The notes under the pieces are model-generated. The model saw only the letters and a program-made list of their open reading frames with translations, ran no database searches and had not been told where the DNA came from. Positions 1-11,229 of a stretch of 64,000 bases of DNA are shown piece by piece. The stretch covers positions 113,710-177,709 of the forward strand of contig JAWLBL010000001.1 in NCBI GenBank assembly GCA_041687695.1. Direction: 5' to 3'. The position numbers and the translations under genes were made by a program. Positions within the stretch are counted from its first letter, which is position 1; every line of letters starts with the position of its first letter. The DNA comes from Myxococcota bacterium (GTDB lineage Bacteria; Myxococcota_A; UBA9042; PHBI01; JAWLBL01).

Positions 1-329
1 GCGCCGGGTTTGGCCGCCAGACCCCGGCGGCAAGCCGCCGGGAGACGGGGCTCCGGCAAGCCGGAGCACTCCAAGGCCGCCTCCGCCGGCATCAACACGA
101 CCCTCTTCCAGCCGGCCCGGCCCATCCCCTGCACTCGCCGCCGCCTGGGATGACCAGCGTCCAGAGGGTGTCGCAGAAGGCCAACCGGAGCGCTCCACCT
201 TGGTGGAGCCCCCATCCGGCGCAGCTTGCTGCGCCGGGTTTGGCCGCCAGACCCCGGCGGCAAGCCGCCGGGAGACGGGGCTCCGGCAAGCCGGAGCACT
301 CCAAGGCCGCCTCCGCCGGCATCAACACG
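1..329. repeat. REP-like ~99-bp direct repeat (1-99 and 231-329); a related copy lies at ~57346-57520
   Basis: gcgccgggtttggccgccag...ggagcactccaaggccgcctccgccggcatcaacacg occurs at 1 and 231, with internal palindromes such as cccggcggcaagccgccggg. Confidence 0.85.
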
Positions 330-348
330 GAGGAAAGTGATTAGGAGG

Positions 349-430
349 AAAGGGGTCAGGTCCGGTCAGGTCTACGCAATTTGCATTTTCCGCACGCGCA
401 AAATGCAAATTGCGTAGACCTGACCCCTTT
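349..430. repeat. Perfect 26-bp-arm inverted repeat (REP/MITE-like hairpin), possibly acting as terminator for the CBS gene
   Basis: ggtcaggtctacgcaatttgcatttt (364-389), 10-nt loop, aaaatgcaaattgcgtagacctgacc (400-425); flanked by aaaggggtcagg and cctgaccccttt. Confidence 0.85.
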
Positions 431-437
431 CCCCCTC

Positions 438-848
438 CTAGGCGTGGTGCGAGAAGGCGCGCAGGAGGTCGTCGTAGCTCAGCAGGCCGCAGAAGCGGCC
501 GGTCAGCTGGTCCACCACGGGCAGGGCGCCCAGGCGCATCTCGGCCATGATGGCCGCGGCGTCGCTGATGTCGGACTCGGGGTCGACGGCCAGGACCTCG
601 GGGGTCATGACGTTGGCGATGGGCGCGCTGAGGCGGTCGTTCATCGCGTTGATGGCGCCGGCCTCCCACAGCGGGGTGAGGGACAGACGGCACAGGTCGC
701 GGTCGTTGACCATCCCGACGAGGATCTCGCCCTCGAGGATGGGCAGGTGGCGGACGGGGTGACTGGCCAGCATCGACAGGACCTCGTCGATCGTCGTCTC
801 GGGCGCGGCGGTGACGGGGTGCTGCGACATGATCTGGCGGACTTTCAT
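438..848 (-). CDS. CBS domain pair protein
   Basis: MKVRQIMSQHPVT...VRHLPIL...VGMVNDRDL...VMTPEVLAV...LGALPVVD...GLLSYDDLL; GGAGG RBS before ATG at 848. Confidence 0.85.
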   Translation of the reverse strand: MKVRQIMSQHPVTAAPETTIDEVLSMLASHPVRHLPILEGEILVGMVNDRDLCRLSLTPLWEAGAINAMNDRLSAPIANVMTPEVLAVDPESDISDAAAIMAEMRLGALPVVDQLTGRFCGLLSYDDLLRAFSHHA

Positions 849-1041
849 GGCGCCTCCGGAGCGCCGATCGGCGGCGCCGTGGGGCCGAGGCCGGGCCGCA
901 CGGGTGCGCCACCCGGCGGAGGGGCGGGGAGCGGGATCGGAGCCGTAGGGGCGAAGGGTGGGCCAGGACATCGAACCTTCCGGGTCACGGTGCGGGGGAG
1001 TGCAGGGACGGCAGGAGCGAGTCGGGGGGCTCGGGCGGGTT

Positions 1042-1413
1042 CTAGGGCATGCAGACACGCGCCTCGGCGCCGCAGGCGAGGCAGGAGACGGCCTCGAGCT
1101 CGGCGTGGGCCGGGCAAGGGTTGACGACGACCTCGCGGCAGGTCAGGCCGGCGGCGCAGTCGTCGCGGTCACAGTCGTCGCGGAGGTAGCAGCCGCGCGA
1201 CTCGAGGGGACGGTCCCAGCCCGAGCCGCAGCCGGGCTCGAGCCAGCGGCAGCGGGCGTCGCCGGCGCAGGACCGGGCGGACTCGTACTCGGCGCAGGGC
1301 AGCGTGGGGACGTTGGCCGCGGGGGCGGGATCGTCGGCGACGCGCGTGCAGGCGGCGAGCCCGAGCGCGGTCGCGAGGCACCCGACCCACAAGAAAGTGG
1401 GCGCTCGTTTCAT
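1042..1413 (-). CDS. Small Cys-rich putative lipoprotein
   Basis: Signal peptide ending in LAAC lipobox; about 10 Cys in the mature part. Confidence 0.6.
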   Translation of the reverse strand: MKRAPTFLWVGCLATALGLAACTRVADDPAPAANVPTLPCAEYESARSCAGDARCRWLEPGCGSGWDRPLESRGCYLRDDCDRDDCAAGLTCREVVVNPCPAHAELEAVSCLACGAEARVCMP

Positions 1414-1805
1414 GGCGTCACGACTGGCAGCGGGGGGGCTGGGGGCAGGCGCGGGGCGAGGGAGCGGACGGCCGGGGAGGCCGTCGGGGGGCTCGGGCCC
1501 GGGACGCCGGTTCCAGCGAAGGCGGGGACGGGGACAACGGGATCAAACCCATCCGGGGCAGCGATCTTCCGGCCCGAAGACCGGCGCGCGAGAGCGCGGA
1601 GGCGCGAGGGAGGCGAGCGAGGGCGCGAGGGAGGCGACGCGCGGCCGGGGATGGGCCCGGCGGGGCGCCGCGGTCGTGCTCTCGACTCGTAGTGTCGCGG
1701 TGGGGCTGGTCCGCCGCCAGAGTGCGGTCGCAAAGCAGCCCTGGGGCTCGCGGCCAGACCCGGGCGGCGGTAGGTTCGCCGCTCACTCGAGCCATGGAGA
1801 GGCAG

Positions 1806-2798
1806 ATGCGCGTCGCGGTCTTCAGCACCAAGCCCTACGACCGGCGGTCCCTGGACCGGGCCAACCAGGCCCACGGCCACGAGCTGGTCTACTTCGAGGC
1901 GCGCCTGCTGCCCGAGACGACGATGCTGGCCCGCGGCTTCGAGGCCGTCTGCCCCTTCGTCAACGACCGCTGCGACGCCGAGGTGCTGACCGATCTCGCG
2001 GAGCACGGGCTGAAGGTCCTGGCCCTGCGCTCGGCCGGCTACAACCACGTCGATCTCGCGGCCGCCGAGGCGCTCGGCGTGGCCGTCGCGCGGGTGCCCG
2101 CCTACTCGCCCCATGCCGTGGCCGAGCACGCGATGGCGCTCATCCTGACGCTCAACCGCAAGATCCACCGCGCCTACGGCCGCGTGCGCGACGGCAACTT
2201 CAGCCTCGAGGGCCTGCTCGGCTTCGATCTGCACGGCAAGACGGCGGGGCTGGTCGGGACGGGCCGCATCGGCGCCGTCATGGCGGCCATCCTGCGCGGC
2301 TTCGGCTGCCGCGTCCTGGCCTACGACCCCTACCCCAGCGAGGCCTGCCGCCAGCTGGGCTGCGAGTACGTCCCCATGGACGCGCTGCTGTCCCAGGCCG
2401 ACATCATCAGCCTGCACCTGCCGCTGACGCCCGAGACCTTCCACCTCATCGGCCCCGAGGCCGTCTCCCGCATGAAGCGCGGCGCCATGCTCATCAACAC
2501 CAGCCGCGGCGGCCTGGTCGACACCAAGGCGGTCATCGCCGCCCTCAAGAGCGGCCACCTGGGGTCCCTGGGCCTGGACGTCTACGAGGAGGAGGCCGAC
2601 GTCTTCTTCGAGGATCTGTCCGGCCAGGCCATCCAGGACGACGTGCTGGCCCGCCTGCTGACCTTCCCGAACGTCGTCATCACCGGCCACCAGGGCTTCT
2701 TCACCGCCGAGGCCCTGCACAACATCGCCGAGACGACCCTCGGCAACCTGACGTGCCTCGAGCGGGGCGAGTCCTGCCCCAACCTGGTCAAGCGCTGA
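1806..2798 (+). CDS. ldhA: D-lactate dehydrogenase (D-2-hydroxyacid dehydrogenase)
   Basis: [52 protein letters not shown] motifs. Confidence 0.9.
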   Translation: MRVAVFSTKPYDRRSLDRANQAHGHELVYFEARLLPETTMLARGFEAVCPFVNDRCDAEVLTDLAEHGLKVLALRSAGYNHVDLAAAEALGVAVARVPAYSPHAVAEHAMALILTLNRKIHRAYGRVRDGNFSLEGLLGFDLHGKTAGLVGTGRIGAVMAAILRGFGCRVLAYDPYPSEACRQLGCEYVPMDALLSQADIISLHLPLTPETFHLIGPEAVSRMKRGAMLINTSRGGLVDTKAVIAALKSGHLGSLGLDVYEEEADVFFEDLSGQAIQDDVLARLLTFPNVVITGHQGFFTAEALHNIAETTLGNLTCLERGESCPNLVKR

Positions 2799-4146
2799 GG
2801 CGCCGCAGCTCGCGGCTGGACAGCCAGGCGAAGCGCAGGGTCAGGAAGGTGGCGACCGCGACCAGGCCCGCGGTCAGGCCGTACCACAGCCCCAGGGCGC
2901 CCCAGCCGTACTCGAAGCCCAGGGTCCAGGCGACCGGGAAGCCGATGAGCCAGTGGGCGACGACGTGGGCCACCGAGGGCAGGCGCACGTCGCCCGCGCC
3001 GCGCAGGGCGCCGGACATGATGGCCTGGTTGCCGTCGAAGAGCTGGAAGAAGGCGGCGACCCCCAGCAGGCTGACGGCGGTCGGGACGACGGCCGCTTCG
3101 GGCGAGAAGGCGCGCGCGAGCGGCTCGGGCACGGCGTAGAAGACGACCGCGGTGGCGCCCATGAAGGCGAGCCCCAGGGCCGCGGCGGCGAACCCGGCCC
3201 GCCGCGCGCCCGGGCCGTCGCCGCGGCCGACCGCCTGCCCGACGCGGGCCGAGGCGGCGCTGCCGATGCCGACGGCGGCCATGAAGGTCAGCGCCGACAG
3301 GTTCAGCGCGATCTGGTGGGCGCCAGCGACGTGCGGGCCGAAGCGGCCGGCCAGGACCCCCAGCAGCGAGAAGACGCCGGCCTCGGCCAGGCCCTGCAGG
3401 CCGATGGGCAGCGCCAGCAGGACCAGGGCGCGCGCGGCCGGGCGGCGCTCGGCGGGCCCCGCGGCGGCGCGCACGGCGCCCAGGGCGGAGAGGATGAGGG
3501 CGACCATGACGGCGCTGCTGAGGGTGGTCGCGAGGCCCGCGCCGACCGCGCCCAGCGGCGGCAGGCCGACCGGCGGCAGCCCGATCCAGCCCAGGGCCTC
3601 GTCGCCGAAGACCAGCAGCAGGTTGGCCAGCAGGTTCACCACGTTGGCGACGACGGCCGCGACGATGAGCGGCCGCACGACGTTGTGGCTCTGCAGGAAG
3701 GAGCGCCCGGCCAGATAGACCAGGAACAGCACGTTGGCGGGCGCCCGCGCCAGCAGGTAGTCGCCCGTGCGGGCGGCCAGCTCGGGAGCGATGCCGAAGC
3801 CGTCCAGGTGATAGCCGGCCACGACGCTCAGCGCGGCCAGCGGAATCCCGACCAGCACGCAGACCCGCACGCCCAGCGACCACCAGGCCGACGCGCCGCG
3901 CAGGTCGCCGGCGCCGACCGCCTGGGCCACCAGCGGCTCGAGCGCCAGCGAAAAGCCCGCCCCGAAGGTGATGAACCCGAAGGTCACGGCCACGCCCAGC
4001 GAGACCGCGCCCAGCTCGGGCACCGAGAAGTGCCCCACGACCGCGGTGTCGACCAGCCCCATCGCCATGACGGCGACCTGCGCCACCACCAGCGGCAGCG
4101 CCAGCCGCGCCGTCGCGCGCATCTCGTCGAGCGTCGCCGATCCCAA
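2788..4146 (-). CDS. MATE family efflux transporter (NorM-like)
   Basis: About 12 TM segments; [32 protein letters not shown] start after GGAGG (alternative ATG at 4122). Confidence 0.9.
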   Translation of the reverse strand: MGSATLDEMRATARLALPLVVAQVAVMAMGLVDTAVVGHFSVPELGAVSLGVAVTFGFITFGAGFSLALEPLVAQAVGAGDLRGASAWWSLGVRVCVLVGIPLAALSVVAGYHLDGFGIAPELAARTGDYLLARAPANVLFLVYLAGRSFLQSHNVVRPLIVAAVVANVVNLLANLLLVFGDEALGWIGLPPVGLPPLGAVGAGLATTLSSAVMVALILSALGAVRAAAGPAERRPAARALVLLALPIGLQGLAEAGVFSLLGVLAGRFGPHVAGAHQIALNLSALTFMAAVGIGSAASARVGQAVGRGDGPGARRAGFAAAALGLAFMGATAVVFYAVPEPLARAFSPEAAVVPTAVSLLGVAAFFQLFDGNQAIMSGALRGAGDVRLPSVAHVVAHWLIGFPVAWTLGFEYGWGALGLWYGLTAGLVAVATFLTLRFAWLSSRELRRLSA

Positions 4147-4373
4147 GCACCCTCCGCGGGCCGGGCACGCTACCGGCTCGCGCGCCCGCGCGCCACCGGA
4201 ACCCACCCGGCGACGCCGCGCGCGACGCGGGCCGGGTCGCCAGCGGCCCCGTCCGCCCGCCCGAAAACTCGCGTCCCCGTCGACGGCGATGCACGCTGCA
4301 CCTCGGAGCGGGCGGCCGCCTCGGCGTGCCCAGGCCCCCATGCCGCGCGCGACCGCCCCGGAACGGACAGGCG

Positions 4374-7166
4374 ATGGAACTGGACCACCGCGCGATCCTC
4401 GGCCGGCTGCCGGACGCGATCGTGGTCGCCGACATGGGCGACCGCATCGTTTATGTGAACGCCGCGGCCGAGACCATGCTCGGCTGGCCTCCCGGCGAGC
4501 TGGTCGGCCAGCCGCTGGTCGCGATCATGCCCGAGCGGCACCGCCAGGCGCACGCGCAGGGCATGGCGCGCTACGCCGCGACGGGCGAGACGCGCATCAT
4601 GGGCCGCCCCGTGCGGGTCGCCGCGCGCCGCCGCGACGGCGCCGAGCTCCCGGTCGAGCTGGTGCTTGCGACCCATCGCGAGGGCGACCGAGAGCTGGTC
4701 GTCGCGTCGCTCCGCGACGACACGCGGCGTCTGACGCTCGAGCACAGCGAGCAGTGGCTCGAGACCACCCTGCGCAGCATCGGCGACGGCGTCATCGCGA
4801 CCGACGCCGAAGGCCGGATCTCGTTCATGAACCCGGTGGCGGAGCACCTGACCGGCTGGCCCGCGCACGAGGCTCGCGGCCGTCGCCTCGACGACGTCTT
4901 CCACGTCGTCCTGGAGGACACACGCGAGCGCATCGAGAGCCCGGTGGCCCGGGTGCTGCGCGAGCGCCGCATCGTCCACCTGAAGAACCACACCATCCTG
5001 GTCGCCCGAGACGGCACCGAGCGCGTCATCGAGGACAGCGCGGCCCCCATCCTGTCGCCGTCGGGCCGCCTCGAGGGGGTCGTGGTCGACTTCCGCGACG
5101 GCACCGCGCGCCGCGACGCCGAGCTGGCCCGCGCCGAGCTGGCGCGACGGGAGGCCGAGGCCCGCGAGCAGGCCGAGCGGCAGCGAGCCGACCTGCGGGC
5201 GCTGTTGGACCAGGCCCCCGTCGCCATCACCATCCGCCGCGGCCCCGAGCTGCGGTACGAGCTGGTCAACCAGCTGGCGGCCGAGTGGCTGGGGAGGAGC
5301 GATCTGGTCGGCTCGACGGCCGAGGAGGCCTTCCCCCAGGCGCCCGCGCAGATCTTGGCGTTGGCTCGGCGGGTCTTCGAGAGCGGCGAGCCGTCGCTCC
5401 AGATCGAGATCCCCCTGCGCGTCCCAGGCGTCGGCCGCTTCGACGAAGAGCGCTTCCTCGACGGCATCGTTCAGCCCCTCCGCGACGCCGGAGGCCAGGT
5501 CACCGGGGTGATGACGGTCGCCATCGACGTCACCGAGCAGGTCCGCGCGCGCCGCGCCATCGAGGAGGCGCACCGCCGCACGACCCTGGTCGCCGACGCC
5601 ATCCCGCACATGGTCTGGATGCGCCCCAGCGACGGCGGGCCCGCGTCGCTCAACCGCCGCTGGTACGAGTACACCGGGCTCAGCCCCGAGGACCTCAGCC
5701 CCGACGCCTGGACCCGCGCCATCCACCCCGACGACCTCCCCGCCCTGCTGGCCGCCTGGGAGCGCAGCGTGCGGGAGCGCAAGCCCCTCGAGCACGAGGC
5801 CCGCATGCGGCGCGCCTCCGACGGCACCTACCGCTGGCACCTCGTGCGCGCCGTCCCGCTCGAGCACCCCGACCAGAGCGGCATCGACTTCGTCGGCAGC
5901 TCGACCGACATCGACGACCGCAAGCGCGCGCTCGAGTCGGTGCGCTTCTTCGCGGAAGCGAGCGTGGTGCTCGCTTCGAGCCTGCAGCTCGACGACACCC
6001 TCGACAGCCTGGCCGCCCTCGCCGTGCCGACCCTGGCCGACTGGTGCACCATCCACCTGTTCGACGACTTCGACGGCGCGCCCCGGCTGGTCCACACGGT
6101 GGTTCGCCACGCAGACCCCGACAAGACGGCCTGGGCCGAGGCGGTCAGCCGCCGCTACCCCCCCGAGCTGTCGGCACCCCAGGGCATGGGGCAGGTCATG
6201 CGCACCGGCCGGCCCGAGCTGTACGAGACCATCACCGACGAGATGCTCGAGGCCGGCCGCGACCCCGAGTACGCCGCGCTGCTGCGCAAGGTGGGCATGC
6301 GCTCGGTGATGATCGTCCCGCTCGAGGCGCGTGGCGCGACCCTCGGCGCCTTGACCCTCATCGCGGCCGAGCGCCAGCGCGCCTTCGACGCCTCGGATCT
6401 GGTCACCGCCTCCGAGCTGGCGGCCCGCGCCTCCACCGCCATCCTCAACGCGCGGCTGTTCGAGCAGGCCCAGCGCGCCGTCCGCGTCCGCGACGAGTTC
6501 CTGTCCATCGCCTCGCACGAGCTCAAGACGCCCCTGACCTCGCTCAGCCTGTCGCTGCAGTCGCTCCAGCGCCAGCTGGGCGCCCCCGAAGGCCGCCGCG
6601 ACCCGGCCCGCCTGGCCGACCGCCTGGACAACGCCCTGCGCCAGAGCGGCCGCCTGGACGCCCTCATCGAGCGCATGCTGGACCTGTCGCGCGTCCAGGA
6701 GGGCCCCCTGGCCCTGCGCCCCGAGCGGGTCGATCTGACCCGGGTCGTGCGCGACGTCGTCGAGCAGGTCCGCTGGGAGGCGAGCGAGAGCGGCTCCGAG
6801 GTCGAGGTCGACCTGCCGGGTCCGGTGATCGCCTCGTGGGATCCGCTGCGCCTCGAGCACGTCGTCCTCAACCTGGTGCGCAACGCCATCAAGTTCGGCC
6901 AGGGGCGGCCGGTGCAGATCCGCGTCGAGCCCCAGGACGGCGCCGTCCGCCTCGTCGTGCGCGATCACGGCATCGGCATCGACCCGGCCGACCACGAGCG
7001 CGTGTTCGAGCGCTTCGAACGGGCCGTGACCAGCCGCCACTACGGCGGCTTCGGCCTGGGCCTGTGGATCGTCCGCCGCATCGTCGAGAGCCTGGGCGGG
7101 ACCATCGACCTCGACAGCGCCCCCGACCAGGGCGCCACCTTCACCGTCACGCTGCCGCTCGCCTGA
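4374..7166 (+). CDS. Multi-PAS/GAF sensor histidine kinase
   Basis: Four PAS-like domains, GAF (LADWC), H-box SHELKTPL, N-box NLVRNAIKF, DHGIG and GFGLGL. Confidence 0.92.
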   Translation: MELDHRAILGRLPDAIVVADMGDRIVYVNAAAETMLGWPPGELVGQPLVAIMPERHRQAHAQGMARYAATGETRIMGRPVRVAARRRDGAELPVELVLATHREGDRELVVASLRDDTRRLTLEHSEQWLETTLRSIGDGVIATDAEGRISFMNPVAEHLTGWPAHEARGRRLDDVFHVVLEDTRERIESPVARVLRERRIVHLKNHTILVARDGTERVIEDSAAPILSPSGRLEGVVVDFRDGTARRDAELARAELARREAEAREQAERQRADLRALLDQAPVAITIRRGPELRYELVNQLAAEWLGRSDLVGSTAEEAFPQAPAQILALARRVFESGEPSLQIEIPLRVPGVGRFDEERFLDGIVQPLRDAGGQVTGVMTVAIDVTEQVRARRAIEEAHRRTTLVADAIPHMVWMRPSDGGPASLNRRWYEYTGLSPEDLSPDAWTRAIHPDDLPALLAAWERSVRERKPLEHEARMRRASDGTYRWHLVRAVPLEHPDQSGIDFVGSSTDIDDRKRALESVRFFAEASVVLASSLQLDDTLDSLAALAVPTLADWCTIHLFDDFDGAPRLVHTVVRHADPDKTAWAEAVSRRYPPELSAPQGMGQVMRTGRPELYETITDEMLEAGRDPEYAALLRKVGMRSVMIVPLEARGATLGALTLIAAERQRAFDASDLVTASELAARASTAILNARLFEQAQRAVRVRDEFLSIASHELKTPLTSLSLSLQSLQRQLGAPEGRRDPARLADRLDNALRQSGRLDALIERMLDLSRVQEGPLALRPERVDLTRVVRDVVEQVRWEASESGSEVEVDLPGPVIASWDPLRLEHVVLNLVRNAIKFGQGRPVQIRVEPQDGAVRLVVRDHGIGIDPADHERVFERFERAVTSRHYGGFGLGLWIVRRIVESLGGTIDLDSAPDQGATFTVTLPLA

Positions 7167-7286
7167 TCGAACCCCGGTCGCAGGCTTCCGCCGCGCGCCG
7201 CCGAGCCGCGGCGTCCACTCGCGGAATACAGTCTCCAAGCCTGCTTCGTTGACCGCGTCGGGGGACTTCCGGATATCGATCGACGC

Positions 7287-7628
7287 ATGCCCCCCAACGA
7301 CACCAGCCGCCTGACTGGGGTCACGGTCCTGCGGCTGATGGACGCCCAGGCGCAGCTCGAAGAGGCGCGGCTCCTCAGGGCGCGAGCCCTCGCCGCCTCG
7401 GAACGCGACGCCGCCGACCCCGCCTTGTCGCGGATGCGCCTGCTGCGGGTCCGCGCCTGGTCCGCCCTGCTCATGGCCCAGGCGGACCTGTCCCCCACGC
7501 ACCCGGCCTACCGCCCGCTCACCCTGGCGCTCGAGTCGCTCTTCACCGAGACCGACGCGATCGACATAGAGGCCGAGGCCCTGCTCCGTCTCCGCGAGGC
7601 CCTGCAGAGGCTGCTCCAACGGCCTTGA
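7287..7628 (+). CDS. Hypothetical helical protein
   Basis: 113-aa ORF with host-like codon usage; no recognisable motif. Confidence 0.5.
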   Translation: MPPNDTSRLTGVTVLRLMDAQAQLEEARLLRARALAASERDAADPALSRMRLLRVRAWSALLMAQADLSPTHPAYRPLTLALESLFTETDAIDIEAEALLRLREALQRLLQRP

Positions 7629-7786
7629 GCCGGCCGCCCGCGACGCCGCCGCGCCCTGGCGCTGTTAGCCCCTGAAATGGCCCCCTGTAACCCAGCGCGC
7701 TAACCCAGAGCGTCTGCCGATCCTGCAGCGCAGCGTGGCTCGCCCACGCCCCCGGCGCGGCCCCTCGCCGATTGGACCCTGCGGCC

Positions 7787-8176
7787 ATGACCCTGCCGAC
7801 CCGCTCGACCTACGACCCCGATCGCGCCCCCGACCCGCAGCGCCTCGCCTGGGCCCTGCACGACGCCTGGGCGGCGAGCGACTGGGTGACCTTCCGCAGC
7901 CTCCTGCGCCCCGAGGTCGTCTTCGAGAGCCCCAGCCTCGGCCGCCTCGAAGGCCTCGACGCGGTCGTCGCCCTCTTCTCCGCGGGCCGCCGCCTGCCCG
8001 GCCTGACCGCCATCGACCACCGCCGCACGGTCGCCGACGACGGCGTCGTGGTCCGCGCCTCCGACGCCTCCATCGCCCACGTGCGCGGCATCGCCATCGT
8101 CGACATCCTCTCCGTCCGCGAGGGCCGCGTCGCCCACTGGCTCTCCATCACCGAGCCCTGGCCCATCCACCCCTGA
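7787..8176 (+). CDS. SnoaL-like / NTF2-family protein
   Basis: AWAASDWVTFRSLLRPEVVFESP..GRLEGLDAV and VREGRVAHW pattern. Confidence 0.65.
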   Translation: MTLPTRSTYDPDRAPDPQRLAWALHDAWAASDWVTFRSLLRPEVVFESPSLGRLEGLDAVVALFSAGRRLPGLTAIDHRRTVADDGVVVRASDASIAHVRGIAIVDILSVREGRVAHWLSITEPWPIHP

Positions 8177-8328
8177 CACCAGGGCACCGGGAGCCTGCAC
8201 CACCACACCGCACCAAGCCTCGAGCTCGCGCCCCGGGTCGGTTGCGGGCCTCGGCGGGCTGTGCCACGTTGGAGTCGGTGCCCAAGCACCGTCTCCCGTA
8301 CAACCTGCAACCCTTCATGAGGCACGCC

Positions 8329-9141
8329 ATGAAGAAGATCACGGCGGACGACCTGCGTCCCGGCGTTCTCCCCGACATCCCCCTCGCCATGCCCACCGCC
8401 GAATCGCTGCTCGCCGAAGCCGCGTCGATGGGGGCCTTCTCCGAGGTGACCGTCCACGTGGCCGACCTGGTCGCCGACGCCGAAGAGATGCTCGGCGGCG
8501 AGGAGGATCTCCCCGACCTGACCGCGCGGGGCTATCGCGTCAGCGCGGGCGTGTTCGAGCGCATCCGCCTGCTGATGGGCTTTCTGGCCCCGCACCGGGC
8601 CGAGCTCGGGCGCGTGGACGAGGCCGCGGCCATCAAGACCCAGCAGGCCGAAGCCGCGCGGGTCCGCCTGCTCGAGATCCGTGGCCGCATCGCGGCGCTC
8701 GGCAAGGCAGCCTCGCTCCCGGCCAGCCTCTTCTCGCTCGACAGCCACCGCACCAACCGCCTCAACGTCGTGATGATGAAGATGGAGGAGGTGCTCGAGA
8801 ACGTCGGCGTCGTCCGCGACCACCTCCCCGACCGGCAGCGCGTCGACGCCCTGGTGGTCGAGGCCCGCCAGCTCATCGACGCCCAGAAGACGGCCCGTCG
8901 CGAGGCCCGCCTGATGCGCGCCAACCGCACCATGGGCACCCTCGAGCGCGAGCGCCTGGAGCGCCTGCTCTTCGACGCCCTCATCTACGTGTCCGCCCAG
9001 GGCCTCGCCGCCTACGGCGACGATCCCACGCGCCGTGCCCGCTACAGCCTGGACCACTGCTACGGCGACCGCCCCAGCCGCGTCGGCGACCCCGGCGCCA
9101 GCGGCCCCGCCCCGGCCACCCCGGTCACCGAGCCCGCCTGA
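8329..9141 (+). CDS. Hypothetical helical protein
   Basis: Strong GC3 bias in this frame from MKKITADD; start could be 8317. Confidence 0.65.
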   Translation: MKKITADDLRPGVLPDIPLAMPTAESLLAEAASMGAFSEVTVHVADLVADAEEMLGGEEDLPDLTARGYRVSAGVFERIRLLMGFLAPHRAELGRVDEAAAIKTQQAEAARVRLLEIRGRIAALGKAASLPASLFSLDSHRTNRLNVVMMKMEEVLENVGVVRDHLPDRQRVDALVVEARQLIDAQKTARREARLMRANRTMGTLERERLERLLFDALIYVSAQGLAAYGDDPTRRARYSLDHCYGDRPSRVGDPGASGPAPATPVTEPA

Positions 9142-9795
9142 CCCGCCCTCGGCCTCGGCGTCGCTTGCCCAAGGGCGACGCCGGGCTCGCCCCACCTCCT
9201 GCCGAGCGCGCCGCCTCGTCTGCCGACCTCGACCGCCCCCCCCCGAGCTTTCCGAACCGCCTCCCGGCCGTTCGAGACTGGGGAAAATTTGGCCACCAGG
9301 CCTCGCTTCCGGGTCACCACCCCCTCGAATCCGGGTCACCAGCCAAGCCGGCGGGCTCACCCGCTCGGCCATTCGCCCCACCCGCCGCTCCGGCGCCCCC
9401 ACCGCCCAGGCTATCTCCCCCACCGGCCCTCGGGTGGGCTTTGGGAGGCCTCGGAGGGACTTCGCGAGCCCTCGGAGCTGCCTGGCGCCGCCAGGTTTGC
9501 AGTCCTGGGGCCCAGGTGCCCGGCACCGGGATCGGGAAGCGGCCCTACCGGCGCCTTCGCTGAGGTCAGGTCAAGGCCGCCGCACCGGCCAGACCGCCCG
9601 GCGCCGGTTGGCAGTCGGCCCTCAGGCCTCCTGGGCTCTTCAGCTGACGAGGGTCCGGAAGACGCCCATGCAGTCCGAGTACCGTTGATTCGGCTGCTCC
9701 GTGCGTCAGGTTTCGGTGCATACTCCGCCTACGATCGCTGCAGTCGGGGTCTCCCTGGCGGCTGCGTCATCGGGCTTCTCGATGAGGAAGACGCG

Positions 9796-11229
9796 ATGTC
9801 CCTTCAAGCCCAAGTCATCCAGGACGCCTTGAAGGCCGCCGAGTTGACGCCTGCTCAGCTCGCGGACTTCGCGGGAGTCGCCGAGGAACGGATCCAAGCG
9901 ACCATCGACGGTCGCGAGTCGCTGGACGTTCGCAGCCTGGACCGGATAGCGCTGGTCTTCGGGGTGCCCGTCGGACCGTTCCTCGACGGCGAGGCCGTGC
10001 GCTCTCCCGCCACGATGCTCTTCCGCTCCCACGCGAACCTGGGCGTCGACCTCGAAGAGCTGGCCGCGACGGATGGACACCTGCTGCTCGCGGACCTGAT
10101 GCGCTGCGCACGCGAGCTTTCGGACCTGCGGCGCACGATGGACCAGTCCGTCTCGACCAACGGCTTCGATGCGCTACCCGACAGCGCGCCCATTGCGCCG
10201 GAGCCCCCCTTTGGAGCCGATGATCTGGCCATGCAGGTCCGCCAGGCGCTCGGCCTGGGCCTCGACCCCATCGCGTCGATGGCTCGGCTACTCGGCGAGC
10301 GCCTTGGTGTCGACCTGTTCTGGGTGACGCCCGACGAGCTGTCCAGCCGCATCGAAGGCGCATGCGCCTGGTCGCCCACTCCGGCCATCATCGTCAACCT
10401 GGTTGGTGGACAGGGCTGTTGGTGGAACACCCGGACCACCCTGGCCCACGAGCTCTGCCACCTGGCCTTCGACCGAGGTATTGCCGAAGGAATGGGACGA
10501 GGACGCTTCTTCTGGTTCAGTCCCAAGAGCGAAGACGCGATCCGGCAGCGGTACTTCCGCTCTGAGGCCCCCGACCTGATAGAACAACGAGCCAATGCTT
10601 TCGCGGCCTACTTCCTGGCGCCGCCTCAGGGGGTCGAGCGGCTGGTCGGCGATGCGGACCCGACCTCCGAGACCTCTGTCGCCGAGGTGATGGCCCACTT
10701 CGGCGTCGGCCGGATGGTCGCCGTCAATGTCATCAGGAATGTCTTCGGCCTCTCCAAGCAGGTCCGGAACGACATGCTTGCCCGCCGAGCGACGGCGACT
10801 CGGCACGCGCTGGATCGGAATGACGTGCACCCCGACCAGCAGGCCGTCCGAGTGGGCCTTCGGACCGGGAACCTCGAAGACCTGGCGCTGCAGGCCTTCG
10901 CCAAAGGCCGAATCGATGCCATCGAGGTCCGCCGCCTGCTCGGCCTCACCTTGTGCGAGGCGCTGCCTCGAAGTGGCCAGCTGACAGAGGCACAGCGAGC
11001 GGCTCCGCTTCCGCCCGACCACGGCGCACGCATGTTCGCGATGCATCAACTCATGCGCCGTTATCGGCGTAGTGACCTCGACATCGGACCGGGCACGCGT
11101 GTCAAGGACCGCTGGGTGCTCCCGGTCTACGCCGTGTCGAAGAGCGGGCGCGAGCCTTGGGGGAGCGTGACCGTCACGGACGATCGCATGATTGAGGTGA
11201 CTCCGAACGCCGATGACGACCGGGCCTGA
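9796..11229 (+). CDS. XRE-HTH plus ImmA/IrrE-family Zn metallopeptidase with C-terminal extension
   Basis: N-terminal HTH (LTPAQLADFAGV), RTTLAHELCH (HExxH), EQRANAFAAYFL; GAGG RBS. Confidence 0.85.
   Translation: MSLQAQVIQDALKAAELTPAQLADFAGVAEERIQATIDGRESLDVRSLDRIALVFGVPVGPFLDGEAVRSPATMLFRSHANLGVDLEELAATDGHLLLADLMRCARELSDLRRTMDQSVSTNGFDALPDSAPIAPEPPFGADDLAMQVRQALGLGLDPIASMARLLGERLGVDLFWVTPDELSSRIEGACAWSPTPAIIVNLVGGQGCWWNTRTTLAHELCHLAFDRGIAEGMGRGRFFWFSPKSEDAIRQRYFRSEAPDLIEQRANAFAAYFLAPPQGVERLVGDADPTSETSVAEVMAHFGVGRMVAVNVIRNVFGLSKQVRNDMLARRATATRHALDRNDVHPDQQAVRVGLRTGNLEDLALQAFAKGRIDAIEVRRLLGLTLCEALPRSGQLTEAQRAAPLPPDHGARMFAMHQLMRRYRRSDLDIGPGTRVKDRWVLPVYAVSKSGREPWGSVTVTDDRMIEVTPNADDDRA

Noticed and set aside
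9289..9795. N-terminal extension of the 646-aa ImmA ORF
   Set aside because: Pro/Arg-rich and non-globular; the RBS and HTH start at 9796.
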